Shown here: positions 1 to 10,100 of the stretch, one piece after another
Numbering within the stretch: position 1 is the first letter of the stretch
How the letters are laid out: each line of letters starts with the position of its first letter
IMG/VR virus record: IMGVR_UViG_3300030450_002582
Span: 1 to 51,305 of that record
From: a virus
Lineage: Duplodnaviria; Caudoviricetes
Direction: 5' to 3' (one strand)
Length of the DNA: 51,305 nt
Notes under the pieces: model-generated
The model's database searches: none
What the model was told of the DNA's origin: nothing
The model's input: only the letters and a program-made list of their open reading frames with translations
Made by a program: the position numbers and the translations under genes

Positions 1-1
1 G

Positions 2-148
2 TCGTTTTGGGATTTATTTAATGTAGGAACTAACGTATTAAGTCATCATATGAATAGAAACGCCCAATCCACTCATGGAATTGAAGGAAGATTGTATCCT
101 ACAATTAAAAAGTGGGCTCAAAAAGAGGCAAAAGTTGCCATCGCTTGA
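2..148 (+). CDS. 3' end of a truncated CDS, possibly DUF932-like
   Basis: Open frame from the window start: SFWDLFNVGTNVLSHHMNRNAQSTHGIEGRLYPTIKKWAQKEAKVAIA*. The WDLFNxxTxxLSH pattern resembles the C-terminal helix of DUF932-family phage proteins. Not in the ORF track. Confidence 0.5.
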   Translation, partial: SFWDLFNVGTNVLSHHMNRNAQSTHGIEGRLYPTIKKWAQKEAKVAIA

Positions 149-974
149 TTGGTACGACTGTCCTATAATTATACCTTATTATGGTGGGAAATATACCTTG
201 AGCAAGAAATTTGTTCCTCTTATACCCCACCATGATAGGTATTTTGAAGTCTTTTCTGGAGGTTTATCAATGTTCTTTAGAAAAGGCAAGGCAGAATGGA
301 ACGTACTCAACGATAAAGATAACAACATTGTAAATCTATATATGTGTGTAATACATGATTTAGATAAATTAGTAGAAATATTAAATTGGCTTCCCAAGTC
401 TCGTGAATTGTTTTTAGATTTCAAGGTAGAAGTACAAGAAAAACAAGAGATTGAGATACCCGATCCATTAAGAGCTGCAAAATACTTTTATTGCATAAGG
501 CACAGCTTTAATAAATTGATACATACTCCAATGTCAATGGTTAAGGATTGGAATAAAAATTGGGAAGAAGAATTTAAATATTCAAGGGAGAAAATAGGTG
601 GAGCTACAATAGAAAATCTAGATTTTGCTGATCTAGTGGATAAATATGATCCAAGAGAAGGAGACTTTTGGTATCTTGATCCACCATATTTTGTAGCACA
701 CGAAAAAGGCAATAAATACTATCAACATAATTTCAATGCTGATGATCATTTAAGGCTAAAAGAAAAAGTAGATAAGATACATAAACAAGGTGGAAAATTC
801 ATGGTGAGTTATGATCATAGAGAAGAAGTTAAAGAACTCTATAAAGATTATGATGTTAGAACTATTGATTTAAAATACTCAGGAGCAACTGACGAAGCAA
901 AAAATAAAGAAAGAAAAGAATACTTAATACTAAATTATGAACCAATCAATCAAGTTGGTTTATTTGATAAATAG
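75..974 (+). CDS. dam: Dam/D12-class N6-adenine DNA methyltransferase
   Basis: YYGGK (motif X), EVFSGGLS (motif I), LNDKD and DPPY (motif IV). The true start is probably TTG at 135, after GAGG and overlapping the upstream CDS. Target sequence not determinable. Confidence 0.92.
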   Translation: MELKEDCILQLKSGLKKRQKLPSLDWYDCPIIIPYYGGKYTLSKKFVPLIPHHDRYFEVFSGGLSMFFRKGKAEWNVLNDKDNNIVNLYMCVIHDLDKLVEILNWLPKSRELFLDFKVEVQEKQEIEIPDPLRAAKYFYCIRHSFNKLIHTPMSMVKDWNKNWEEEFKYSREKIGGATIENLDFADLVDKYDPREGDFWYLDPPYFVAHEKGNKYYQHNFNADDHLRLKEKVDKIHKQGGKFMVSYDHREEVKELYKDYDVRTIDLKYSGATDEAKNKERKEYLILNYEPINQVGLFDK

Positions 975-982
975 GAGAACAA

Positions 983-2314
983 ATGGCTAAAGAAATATCA
1001 CAAAGTAGTAATATAAAAGTACCACCATCTGCATTAGAGGCTGAGCAAGCTTTATTAGGATGTATTATTCAAGGAGGAGAAAGAGAGCAAGAAATTGCTA
1101 TGGCTTGGATAAGAAATAATAGTGCTTTTCACACAACAGATAATAGGCAAATATGGGAAGCAATGTCAGATCTATATAAAGATGGTATAGATATAGATTT
1201 TGTGACATTAAGTAATAAAGTAAAAGATATGCATGGAGATAGTAAAGCATATTACATAACTGGATTAACTGAAAGCTTTACGACAACTGCTAATATTGAA
1301 AACTATGCAAAAATAATATGGGAAAAGTTCATACAAAGAGAAACTGCTAAATCAGCAGAATCTTTACTTAATGCTTCTTATGAAGACTATAAAGAAGTAG
1401 GAAGTATATTAGAGAAACATAGTAGGCTTATTGAAGAACTAAGACAAGTACAACCTTCTAAACAAAGGAACATTGAAGTATTAGTTGAAGAGATGAAAGC
1501 TACTGTTGAAGAAGACTCTAATCTTATTCCATTTAATCTAGGACATCTAGATACTTTTGCAGGTGGAATGACTCGTAAAGAAATAACTGTATTAGGTGGT
1601 AGGCCTGGACATGGTAAAACAACTCTTGTAATTAATATCATTAAAGGATTAATTGAACAAGGTTATAAAGTCATGTTATTTAACCGAGAAATGAGTAATA
1701 CAGAAATGTTAAAGAAAATGGTAGTAATGGAATCAAACGCTCTTAAATACGGAGATATAAGACGAAATGACCTATCAGAAACAAGTAAAGAAGAGTTTGA
1801 ATTAATTGCAGATAAAATGAAACACGATTATGAAAACTTTCTTATGTATGATACAGTTAGAACATTGGATGATTGTTTAAGGGAAATTGCTAAACATAAA
1901 CCAGATGTTGTAATAGATGATTATATTCAATTAATAGATGTTAATGGTATTAAGGAAGGCAGAAGATTCGAAATTGAAAAGATCATGCAAGAATACAAAT
2001 GGATGTGTAAACAAGAAGATTGTTCAGCAATATTAGTATCACAGTTAAATAGGGAAATAGAAAAAAGATTTGATCCTAGACCTCGCATGAGTGATTATGC
2101 AGAGTCAGGTGTAATCGAGCAGACTGCTGAATCAGCAATGTTTGTATTCTATGGACATAACTTTGATAGTGAAAAGTATAATCCATATAAAAGTGAGATT
2201 ATAGTTGCTAAAAGTAGATATGGAAAGATTGGTACACATTTAGTTGGGTTCAATGGAGGAAGATGCAAATTCTATATGAACTCATCTATGGCGGAGAAAG
2301 ATAATATTGCATAA
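983..2314 (+). CDS. dnaB: DnaB-family replicative helicase
   Basis: N-terminal PPSALEAEQALLG, Walker A GRPGHGKTT, NREM, Walker B VVIDDYIQL, SQLNRE, PRMSDYAESGVIEQ, IVAKSRYG; SD AGGAG. Confidence 0.96.
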   Translation: MAKEISQSSNIKVPPSALEAEQALLGCIIQGGEREQEIAMAWIRNNSAFHTTDNRQIWEAMSDLYKDGIDIDFVTLSNKVKDMHGDSKAYYITGLTESFTTTANIENYAKIIWEKFIQRETAKSAESLLNASYEDYKEVGSILEKHSRLIEELRQVQPSKQRNIEVLVEEMKATVEEDSNLIPFNLGHLDTFAGGMTRKEITVLGGRPGHGKTTLVINIIKGLIEQGYKVMLFNREMSNTEMLKKMVVMESNALKYGDIRRNDLSETSKEEFELIADKMKHDYENFLMYDTVRTLDDCLREIAKHKPDVVIDDYIQLIDVNGIKEGRRFEIEKIMQEYKWMCKQEDCSAILVSQLNREIEKRFDPRPRMSDYAESGVIEQTAESAMFVFYGHNFDSEKYNPYKSEIIVAKSRYGKIGTHLVGFNGGRCKFYMNSSMAEKDNIA

Positions 2315-2609
2315 AAGTTGTTTGGGATGTTATTACGAACATGAACGTAAGTGTCATTGGTTTGATATTGTTGGTGGTGACATCCCTAAACAAATACCAA
2401 ATAATGTTTTTAATAAAGGATGTGGTAAATATATGAATAATGTATCTATTGGGGAAAAAACTGGAAATGAATTAGCTGATAAAATAATAGAAGTATTTGA
2501 TGGGGAAATAATAAGCAATAAATACGAACCAAGCGTAAATTACAAACCATATAAAAAGAAATGGGTTAAAAGCTCACATAATTATTCACATAGAAAGGAT
2601 GCGCAATGA
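2307..2609 (+). CDS. Hypothetical Cys-rich protein
   Basis: TTG start after GGAG; CxxC...C...C pattern; coupled to dnaB and to the next gene. Confidence 0.7.
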   Translation: MHKSCLGCYYEHERKCHWFDIVGGDIPKQIPNNVFNKGCGKYMNNVSIGEKTGNELADKIIEVFDGEIISNKYEPSVNYKPYKKKWVKSSHNYSHRKDAQ

Positions 2610-3091
2610 TAATATTAGGAATAGATCCAGGTGCTGGCGGAGCAATAGCTTGCTGGGAAAAGGGTATTACTTCACATAAATGCCCTAAAAGTACAGAAGA
2701 AATGTCTTCTTTAGTGCAATCCTATGTAGGAAAAAATAAAGCATATGCTTACATAGAACAAGTCCACGCAATGCCTCACGATGGTAGAAGTTCCCTATTT
2801 AAATTTGGCACTAATTATGGAATGTGGTTAGGAATACTAGCTGCACATGGAATAGAAGTAGAAAAAGTAAGTCCACAAAAATGGATGAAGTATTGGAAAG
2901 TAAAATTAGATATTGAATTATCTAAAGATAAACCAAAAAGAAAGAGAGAGTTAAAAGAAATTGCACAGAATTATACAGATAAAACTGTTACTTTATATAA
3001 TGCTGATGCAATATTAATAGCAATGTATGGTTTATATACAAAACAAGAGGAGAACAAAAATGACAGCAAAGGAAGTAAAAGTAAAGTCTAA
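2606..3091 (+). CDS. ruvC: RuvC-like Holliday junction resolvase
   Basis: ILGIDPG, YIEQV, FKFGTNYGMW, VSPQKW and ADAILIA: the RNase H-fold acidic motifs of phage RuvC. Confidence 0.88.
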   Translation: MIILGIDPGAGGAIACWEKGITSHKCPKSTEEMSSLVQSYVGKNKAYAYIEQVHAMPHDGRSSLFKFGTNYGMWLGILAAHGIEVEKVSPQKWMKYWKVKLDIELSKDKPKRKRELKEIAQNYTDKTVTLYNADAILIAMYGLYTKQEENKNDSKGSKSKV

Positions 3092-3287
3092 ATGGGAAAA
3101 AAGTTTTTACCCGTTTTTCAAAATAGATTGTTTAAAAATAAGTGGATTCTTTATTCAGTATATTTTTACATTAAATCTATTTTTTAATTTATTATGGATA
3201 GAATTAAATATATCAAATGAATTAATTATATTTAAAGTAGGAATATTTAATATGTATATTATGTTAGGAGGGGGATCTTATGAATAA
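3060..3287 (+). CDS. Hypothetical hydrophobic protein
   Basis: Part of track ORF 3027..3287; the ATG at 3060 follows GAGGAG; Phe/Ile-rich. Confidence 0.55.
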   Translation: MTAKEVKVKSKWEKSFYPFFKIDCLKISGFFIQYIFTLNLFFNLLWIELNISNELIIFKVGIFNMYIMLGGGSYE

Positions 3288-3387
3288 AGAAAGCAATGAA
3301 TATTTAAAAAAGAAAATAAAAGAAATATCAAACTTATTAGAAAAATTAAATGATGAAATACATAAAATAAGTAAATTAATTAATTAA
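3280..3387 (+). CDS. Small coiled-coil protein (35 aa)
   Basis: MNKESNEYLKKKIKEISNLLEKLNDEIHKISKLIN*, strong SD AGGAGG. Not in the ORF track. Confidence 0.6.
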   Translation: MNKESNEYLKKKIKEISNLLEKLNDEIHKISKLIN

Positions 3388-3404
3388 CCTAGCCATGGTT
3401 ATCC

Positions 3405-3452
3405 AAAGGCGGGTGACAGTAATGGTTAACGCTGTCACTCGTCTTTTTTTTT
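3405..3452 (+). terminator. Intrinsic terminator at the convergence of the early and late blocks
   Basis: Stem GGCGGGTGACAGT / GCTGTCACTCGTC (3 G-U pairs), 10-nt loop, then T9. Confidence 0.8.
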
Positions 3453-6400
3453 AATCTATATAATTATCAATAGATTGAGCAACTTCTTTAATTGGACTTG
3501 GTAAATAAGGTCTTACCCCTTTAATTGCATTTCCACTAAAGTCATATAACCATAAAAATAAAGAAGTAAGTTCAACTGAAAATGGTAATTCTCTTAATAC
3601 ATCTTCAATAAAATCATCTGTATCATCACCGTCAATAGCTTTTATAATAGCAGATATTAAAGTTGCAATCATTAAAGTTTTAGTTACAAGTGGGCTTCCA
3701 AATCCCATTAAAGCTCTTTGATTAATTTTATTTTTTCCTACCATAGATCCAATTAATAATTGACCTTCTCTTAATATAGTATATGGAGCCCATTGTGTAT
3801 AAAGTATAAAAGAAGCTATTGAAGCCATCCCTCTTGTCATCATTAATAAAGTAGCTCTTTGAAGATTTTTATCATCTAATTCTGGATTTAATTTCATTGT
3901 TTTTTGCAATTGTGAAACTTGTTCTTTGCTCATACCCATCGCTCTCATTGTTTGCGTACCTGCTCTTATAATATTTTTACCAATTTGAAATGGCAATCTA
4001 GCTGCAATTAAAGCTCCCATAGAAGCACCTTCTCCATATTTCGCAGCCCATTCTGGAGACATAGCAGCTGATCTAAACATTTCATATTCTAATATAACTT
4101 GATTATAATCATACTGTCTCCAAAGAAATGCCTTTCCACCTACAGCTCCTCTAAACATTTTAGGATTCATTACTTGAGTAAATCCAAATAAATTAGTATA
4201 TACATAAAGCCTAGCCATTTCAACAGCTTCTGGACTATCTGTATATTTCCAATTCTTTTTTTCTGTATTTATTAAGCCCATCTCTTTAGCTTCTTTTAGT
4301 CCTTGAAAAGCTACTTCCAATCTCATTTGTTCTTCAGTTCCAGCCATTGTAAACATTTTATTTTTTAATCCAAGTGGAAACCATTGCAATTTCCAATTTA
4401 TTAATCTATTAATACCAGATTGTGTAAGCCCAAGTCTTAAATCTTTTAATCTTTTTTCTAATCTTTTTTTATCTTTAAGATTGTTTTTTGTAGGTTCATT
4501 AACAATATTATATAATTCTGTCTTTATTCTTTTTATTTCTTCAAGTTGAACTTTTTCTCCACTAACTTGACTAGATGCTCTTTTTATTAAATTATCTAAA
4601 GAATTACTTCTATTTAACCATGAATCTAAAGTAGTTGCTTTCCAAAGTGAAGCCACATCTCTTATAGGGGCTAAAGCTTCTTTCCATTCAGTACCAACTT
4701 GCATATTAATATTCATACTTAACATATCTATAAAAGCATTACCCGGGTGAAGAACTCCAGTCTCTTCAACTTGTTCTCTAATTTCAGAAGCGGTAAATCC
4801 GTCAATCCCATTTTTAACTGCATCCATAGCTTCCCAAGTTTTTTTCCATCCATAATTAATTATTTTATTTAATCTTTGAGTATTGTTTGTAACTGCAGTC
4901 CAAACACCAAGATTAGCAGCTGATAAATAACCTCTAATAATTAATCCAATTTGCTTTACTTTTTCTGGGGTAATATCTGATATATATTTACTAAGAATAT
5001 CACTAATTCTTTGATCACTATAATTTAAATTCATAAAACCAGCTTCAATATCAGCCCCACCGGAAGCAACTTTAACTTGATCAACTAAATAATTAACTAA
5101 TGGTTGATTATGTTGCAATGATAATACAGTTTTAAATAATTCAAGTTTTAATTTTGTTAATTCATTTGCTCTAAAAGCTTGATCTACATATTCGCTATGA
5201 ACAGATCTGTCTTTTCTTCTAAGTTTATTATCTGTAAATAAAGTTCTTGATTTAGTAGCTAATATCTTACTTGATAAAAACATTTGTTTTCTATCTTGAT
5301 CTGTTGAGTTTTCACCATATAGAAGATTTTCCATGTTTTCAACTATAGATTCATAATATTTTTTCTTAGACTCAAGAATAGTTATGCTATCTAAAGCTTC
5401 TGCTTTTTCAGCTAATGAAGATTCATTGCTTTTAATTATAAAATTATCAGTTGCTAATTGAGCTTCTATTTCTGGTAAATAAGATTTATTTATAGAATTT
5501 AAAGCTTCGTCCATCATACTCTGATAAATTGGGTTATCAAATTTTACATGTCCATAATTCCATCTTGATGCTTTTTTAACAAATGAATTAGATGTAGCAA
5601 AATTACCTTGAGAATCTTTAATTAAATTAAATTGCATACCTCCCATTAAATTAATAGTATCAATTAAATTTTCTATATCTTTTTTATTCCAACCACTATT
5701 TATAAGTTTTTTATTTATTCCTTTTAAAAATGTATTTAATTCTTCATTAATTTTTTGAGTTTCAACATTTAAAACTTTTTCATAAAATAATTCATTCCAT
5801 TCACGTTGCATATCAATTGCTTTCCACATACCCGGCATCCAAGCATCTGGTGGATCATATATTTTACCATTATAATCAACGCCCTTAGACCAATTTGCAT
5901 ATTTACGCTTGGGCATATCAGTGTTGGCAATAGTTTCATATTTATAAACTCTATGTTCTTGAGCTGTATAAAAACCTTCTTCTATTTCATTTTTTAATAA
6001 ATCTTTTTCTAATAATTCTTTAGTAATTGATTTATTATTTTTAATATTCTTTAAAAAATTATTCATATTGTCTGGTATTCTATATACAAGAAAGGCATTT
6101 TCTAATTCACTAGGATCTACTGAAATAGAACCTTCACTTAATTGAGACTTTCTATAATTTCTTAATATTTTTTGACCATTCGATTCTTTATGTAAAGGAA
6201 TCATAACATACTTTGAATCGGATTCTCCAATTTCATGTCTTTCTGATTCGGATTTTATATAACCAAAAAATTGTTTACCTTCCCAAGAGTTTCTCCATTT
6301 TATAAATTGTTTAGGATCCGTTGGAATATCTCTTGATATAATATTTCTAACTTCATCATGTAATAATTCTTCAGAAAATTGTTCAGCTAATTGTTTATTT

Positions 6401-7140
6401 TGTCTAGAATCAAATCCAGCAACATCAGCAGAAGTAGAAGCTTTAATAATTTCTATATTAATATTTTCAAGAGATAATGGATTTTTTTTCTGAGTAATTG
6501 GATCAACAATACTTATTTTCCAAGAATATCCTTTTTGTAAATAATTATCAAGAGCTGAAGTAGTCATTTTAACTAATTTTAAAGCTTGTCCAGTTGGGTC
6601 AAGTGAAGCACCTACTAATAATGGTTTTTTTATTGTATTTTCATAATCACTTAAATAAGGATCTTTTTCAGCTCTTTTTTCCCAAGATTGAACTTTATTT
6701 AAAATATATCTTATTTTACCAGCATCCCATTTTTCTGAATTATTTAAACCAGATAATTGCAAAGCTCCTTTTCTACTAAAAGTTGATTGACCATAAGCTT
6801 CTTGAAAAAGGCCTTGTATAAAATCAAGTCTATTGCTTACAAAATCATTAGGAACAATAAATACACTAGAATTATTTAAATGTTCAATACTTTTATTAAA
6901 AAAATGAGAAAATAATTTTTTATGTTCTAAAAATCTTTTACCTTCATTTATTATTTGCTGTTGAATAAATTTTTTATCACTTTTTTTAACAGCTTTTTTT
7001 AATTCTTTTTTTAAATTTGGTCTGTTATCAAAAGGATATTCAATTATGCGAGATATTCCGCTTTCTAAATTAACTTCTAATTCAGATCTTGCTTCTTTTG
7101 AAAGCTTAGCTGCTAATTTTTTATCATCACAAAAACTCAT
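3451..7140 (-). CDS. Large internal virion/ejection protein
   Basis: About 1229 aa, predicted helical, with hydrophobic C-terminal segments; last gene of the internal-protein cluster. The ATG at 7140 overlaps the upstream TGA (ATGA). Confidence 0.65.
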   Translation of the reverse strand: MSFCDDKKLAAKLSKEARSELEVNLESGISRIIEYPFDNRPNLKKELKKAVKKSDKKFIQQQIINEGKRFLEHKKLFSHFFNKSIEHLNNSSVFIVPNDFVSNRLDFIQGLFQEAYGQSTFSRKGALQLSGLNNSEKWDAGKIRYILNKVQSWEKRAEKDPYLSDYENTIKKPLLVGASLDPTGQALKLVKMTTSALDNYLQKGYSWKISIVDPITQKKNPLSLENINIEIIKASTSADVAGFDSRQNKQLAEQFSEELLHDEVRNIISRDIPTDPKQFIKWRNSWEGKQFFGYIKSESERHEIGESDSKYVMIPLHKESNGQKILRNYRKSQLSEGSISVDPSELENAFLVYRIPDNMNNFLKNIKNNKSITKELLEKDLLKNEIEEGFYTAQEHRVYKYETIANTDMPKRKYANWSKGVDYNGKIYDPPDAWMPGMWKAIDMQREWNELFYEKVLNVETQKINEELNTFLKGINKKLINSGWNKKDIENLIDTINLMGGMQFNLIKDSQGNFATSNSFVKKASRWNYGHVKFDNPIYQSMMDEALNSINKSYLPEIEAQLATDNFIIKSNESSLAEKAEALDSITILESKKKYYESIVENMENLLYGENSTDQDRKQMFLSSKILATKSRTLFTDNKLRRKDRSVHSEYVDQAFRANELTKLKLELFKTVLSLQHNQPLVNYLVDQVKVASGGADIEAGFMNLNYSDQRISDILSKYISDITPEKVKQIGLIIRGYLSAANLGVWTAVTNNTQRLNKIINYGWKKTWEAMDAVKNGIDGFTASEIREQVEETGVLHPGNAFIDMLSMNINMQVGTEWKEALAPIRDVASLWKATTLDSWLNRSNSLDNLIKRASSQVSGEKVQLEEIKRIKTELYNIVNEPTKNNLKDKKRLEKRLKDLRLGLTQSGINRLINWKLQWFPLGLKNKMFTMAGTEEQMRLEVAFQGLKEAKEMGLINTEKKNWKYTDSPEAVEMARLYVYTNLFGFTQVMNPKMFRGAVGGKAFLWRQYDYNQVILEYEMFRSAAMSPEWAAKYGEGASMGALIAARLPFQIGKNIIRAGTQTMRAMGMSKEQVSQLQKTMKLNPELDDKNLQRATLLMMTRGMASIASFILYTQWAPYTILREGQLLIGSMVGKNKINQRALMGFGSPLVTKTLMIATLISAIIKAIDGDDTDDFIEDVLRELPFSVELTSLFLWLYDFSGNAIKGVRPYLPSPIKEVAQSIDNYID

Positions 7141-10100
7141 GGGCAATCCTTTAATAGTTGTTCAATAGTTTTATCATTAATATCTTCATATCTTGATTGA
7201 GATTTTAAAGTTATTCTCTCGTTTGAAGCTTCCCTTAAATTAGGGCCAAATCTATTCATAAACTCAGTATAAACTCCTTGATGCATTAACGGCATTGGTA
7301 AAAGTTTTTCTACATCACGATTTCTTGAAACATTATTTTTACCATCTAATGTTAAAACACCTCTTAAAAATCTTAAAGTAGAATAAGCTTTCTGTTCTTC
7401 TGACATTTTATCCCAAGAAGGTAATCCTTTTTTCTTATCTCCTTTAAATTTCCATTTTTCTATATATTTAATTAATTCTTCTTGATATGGGTAACCAGAT
7501 GACGTAATAAGACTTTTTGTTTTGTCTTGATGGCTTACAGCATCCATCATTATATTATAAAATTCACGAGTAGATTCATTAATAAACCTTCTAGCAACTT
7601 CTTTATCTTTAGAAAATTCTTTTGTTTCTGGATACCATCTTTGAGTTTCTTTTTGTATCGTATATAAATCTTTTTGAGTTTGGACAATTCCTCTTGTAAT
7701 CCTATTTGGATGATAACCTAATGGATGATTATGTACTTTATCATTTGGATTTAAAGATTCATAATCTAATAATGATTGATGAGGTATAGACAATAATTGC
7801 TCTAATGGAGTATTTTTATTATTAAATATTATTTTATCAATTTCCATTGTATCTTTATATAAACGACTTCTTTCTCCATATCTTAATCTTCTACCATTTG
7901 CTTTATTTCTTATTATCTCACCTTGCTCCACTCCAGACATATTTGTCATTTCATGCATATCTTTACTTAATGCAAACATACTTTCTATGTCTTGAGAATT
8001 ATTATCTACATTACTAACTCCTCTTCTTGCTTGATTATGCATTAATTCTTTTCTAATTAACGAAGTCATTGTACTAACTTGTTTTAACCCTATTGGAGAT
8101 CCATTTTCTTGAGTAAACATTTTAGGAATAACAAACTTATATCCATTATATCCCCAATCTGCTAATAAAAATTCTTTTGCATTATCTACAGCTGATTGTA
8201 ATAATATATGTAATTGTTTAATTGGAGTTGTTTTTAAATATTTATCCCCAGATTCCCATTTAGATCCATCTTTATGCACTAATGTTCCCATTTTAGCTTT
8301 ATCAAGCATTTCTTGAGTAATGTCATCATTTAATTGAGCATAATTCATTATTTCAGTTTCTTTATCTGGATTTTTAGGAACAATTGTTTGCCCTCCAACT
8401 TCTGCCTTAAATCCTTTAAAATACATATCCTCTAAAAAACTTACTGAGTTCATAAGTATTCCTTGAGAATTTATACCTTTACCTAATTTGCCAGATATTG
8501 TATACATATCTGCTTTTTTAGTTAATTTATATTTTTTATCTTTTTTCTTAAAATATTCTAAACGAACAAAGCTGTCCATATTTTCAAATGCTTTTTTAAT
8601 GCTATCGGATTGCATTGCTTTAATAATGCTTTTGTCTTGATAGTTATCTCCAAAATAGGGTGCTAGTAAAAATCCATTATCACCATCGTGGTCAGCTTGC
8701 ATTTTACCTACAATAGATTCTGGATGCAGCCATGCTACTGCACCATGCCCCTTAGGCATCACTTTTTCTATTTTTGCTAGAAATACAGCGCTTGGAGCAT
8801 AAACTGGCCACCTACCTACCATTAAATATTCTTTCCTAGATCTTAATGCTTCATTAATATTATTAATTAATTCATTTCCAGTCCCATCTACATTTAATAA
8901 ATTTTGTAAAAATCTTAACATTGTTACATCATCTGCACTAATAACAACACCATCTTCTTTCTTAACTATATTTCTTGCTAAATCTGATTTTAATACTGGA
9001 TAACTTCCAAGACCCCTTCTTCTACCTCCATAAGAATTTTCTTTTAACATTCTGTTTTTAATAGATTCAGACATTCCAGTTATAATATGTGGATGCATAA
9101 ATCCATCTGAAATCATTTGACCAGGAGAAGGTTCTAATAATCTATCAACTTCACTCATTATAGAAAGACCATCAGATTTCATTTGACCCATTAAAGATCT
9201 CATAGTTTGAGAATTATTTCTTGTACTAAATAAAACATCCATATTCATTTTTGCAATAGCATTCATTTTAGTAGAAAATAAATTTCTAAGTTTATCAAAT
9301 TCTGGATTATGTAAATGAGATAACCAAGACCATGGGAATGCTGCACTATTGTGACCTTGTTGTTTAGGTATTTTAACTATACGCCTAGATTCTTCTGGTA
9401 AAGTAAGTATATCAGTTGATATTCTATTATTTAATTTAAATGACCCACTACCTCCATCTGGTTCTTTTGCTTCATCTAAAGTTCCAAACATTGTTATTCT
9501 ATTGTCTTCTGAATCAAATATTCTTATGTTGCCATTAACATTTGCAGTATATACAATTACATTATCGTTTTCATCTGTAATATAAATATCTTCTTCTGGT
9601 ACAAACTCATTATGTTTTAAAGCTAAATAATGAGTACCTTCTATTTCTTGAGTGCCTTCTTTATAATGTTTATTACCAAACTCATCATTTTTACTTATAA
9701 ATCTAATTCTTGTTTTTATTTCTCTTAATTTAGAAGAATTTGGAGAATTAGGAACTCTACCAATAGCTTCTGCAGTTTGGTCTAGGTATTCACTTTCAAC
9801 CCACAATGAACCATCTGAATGATTTTTATTTTCTAATCCACCAACATAAGAAGACAATGGTTGTTTTTTAGTAGCTGAAGTGCTATTTGGAATGCCTTTA
9901 GAAACAAATACTTTAGATTGGTCTACAATTTTAATTGTATAATCACCAGTTCCTATTGCTACTATACCATCACCATCATCTATAGCTAATCTTCTACTAT
10001 GATGAGATGCAAGAGGAGATCTCATTAAATAATCACGACCTCTCCATCTTTTTAATACTTCATGCGATAAAATATGTTGAGCTGCTGAATATTTATTACC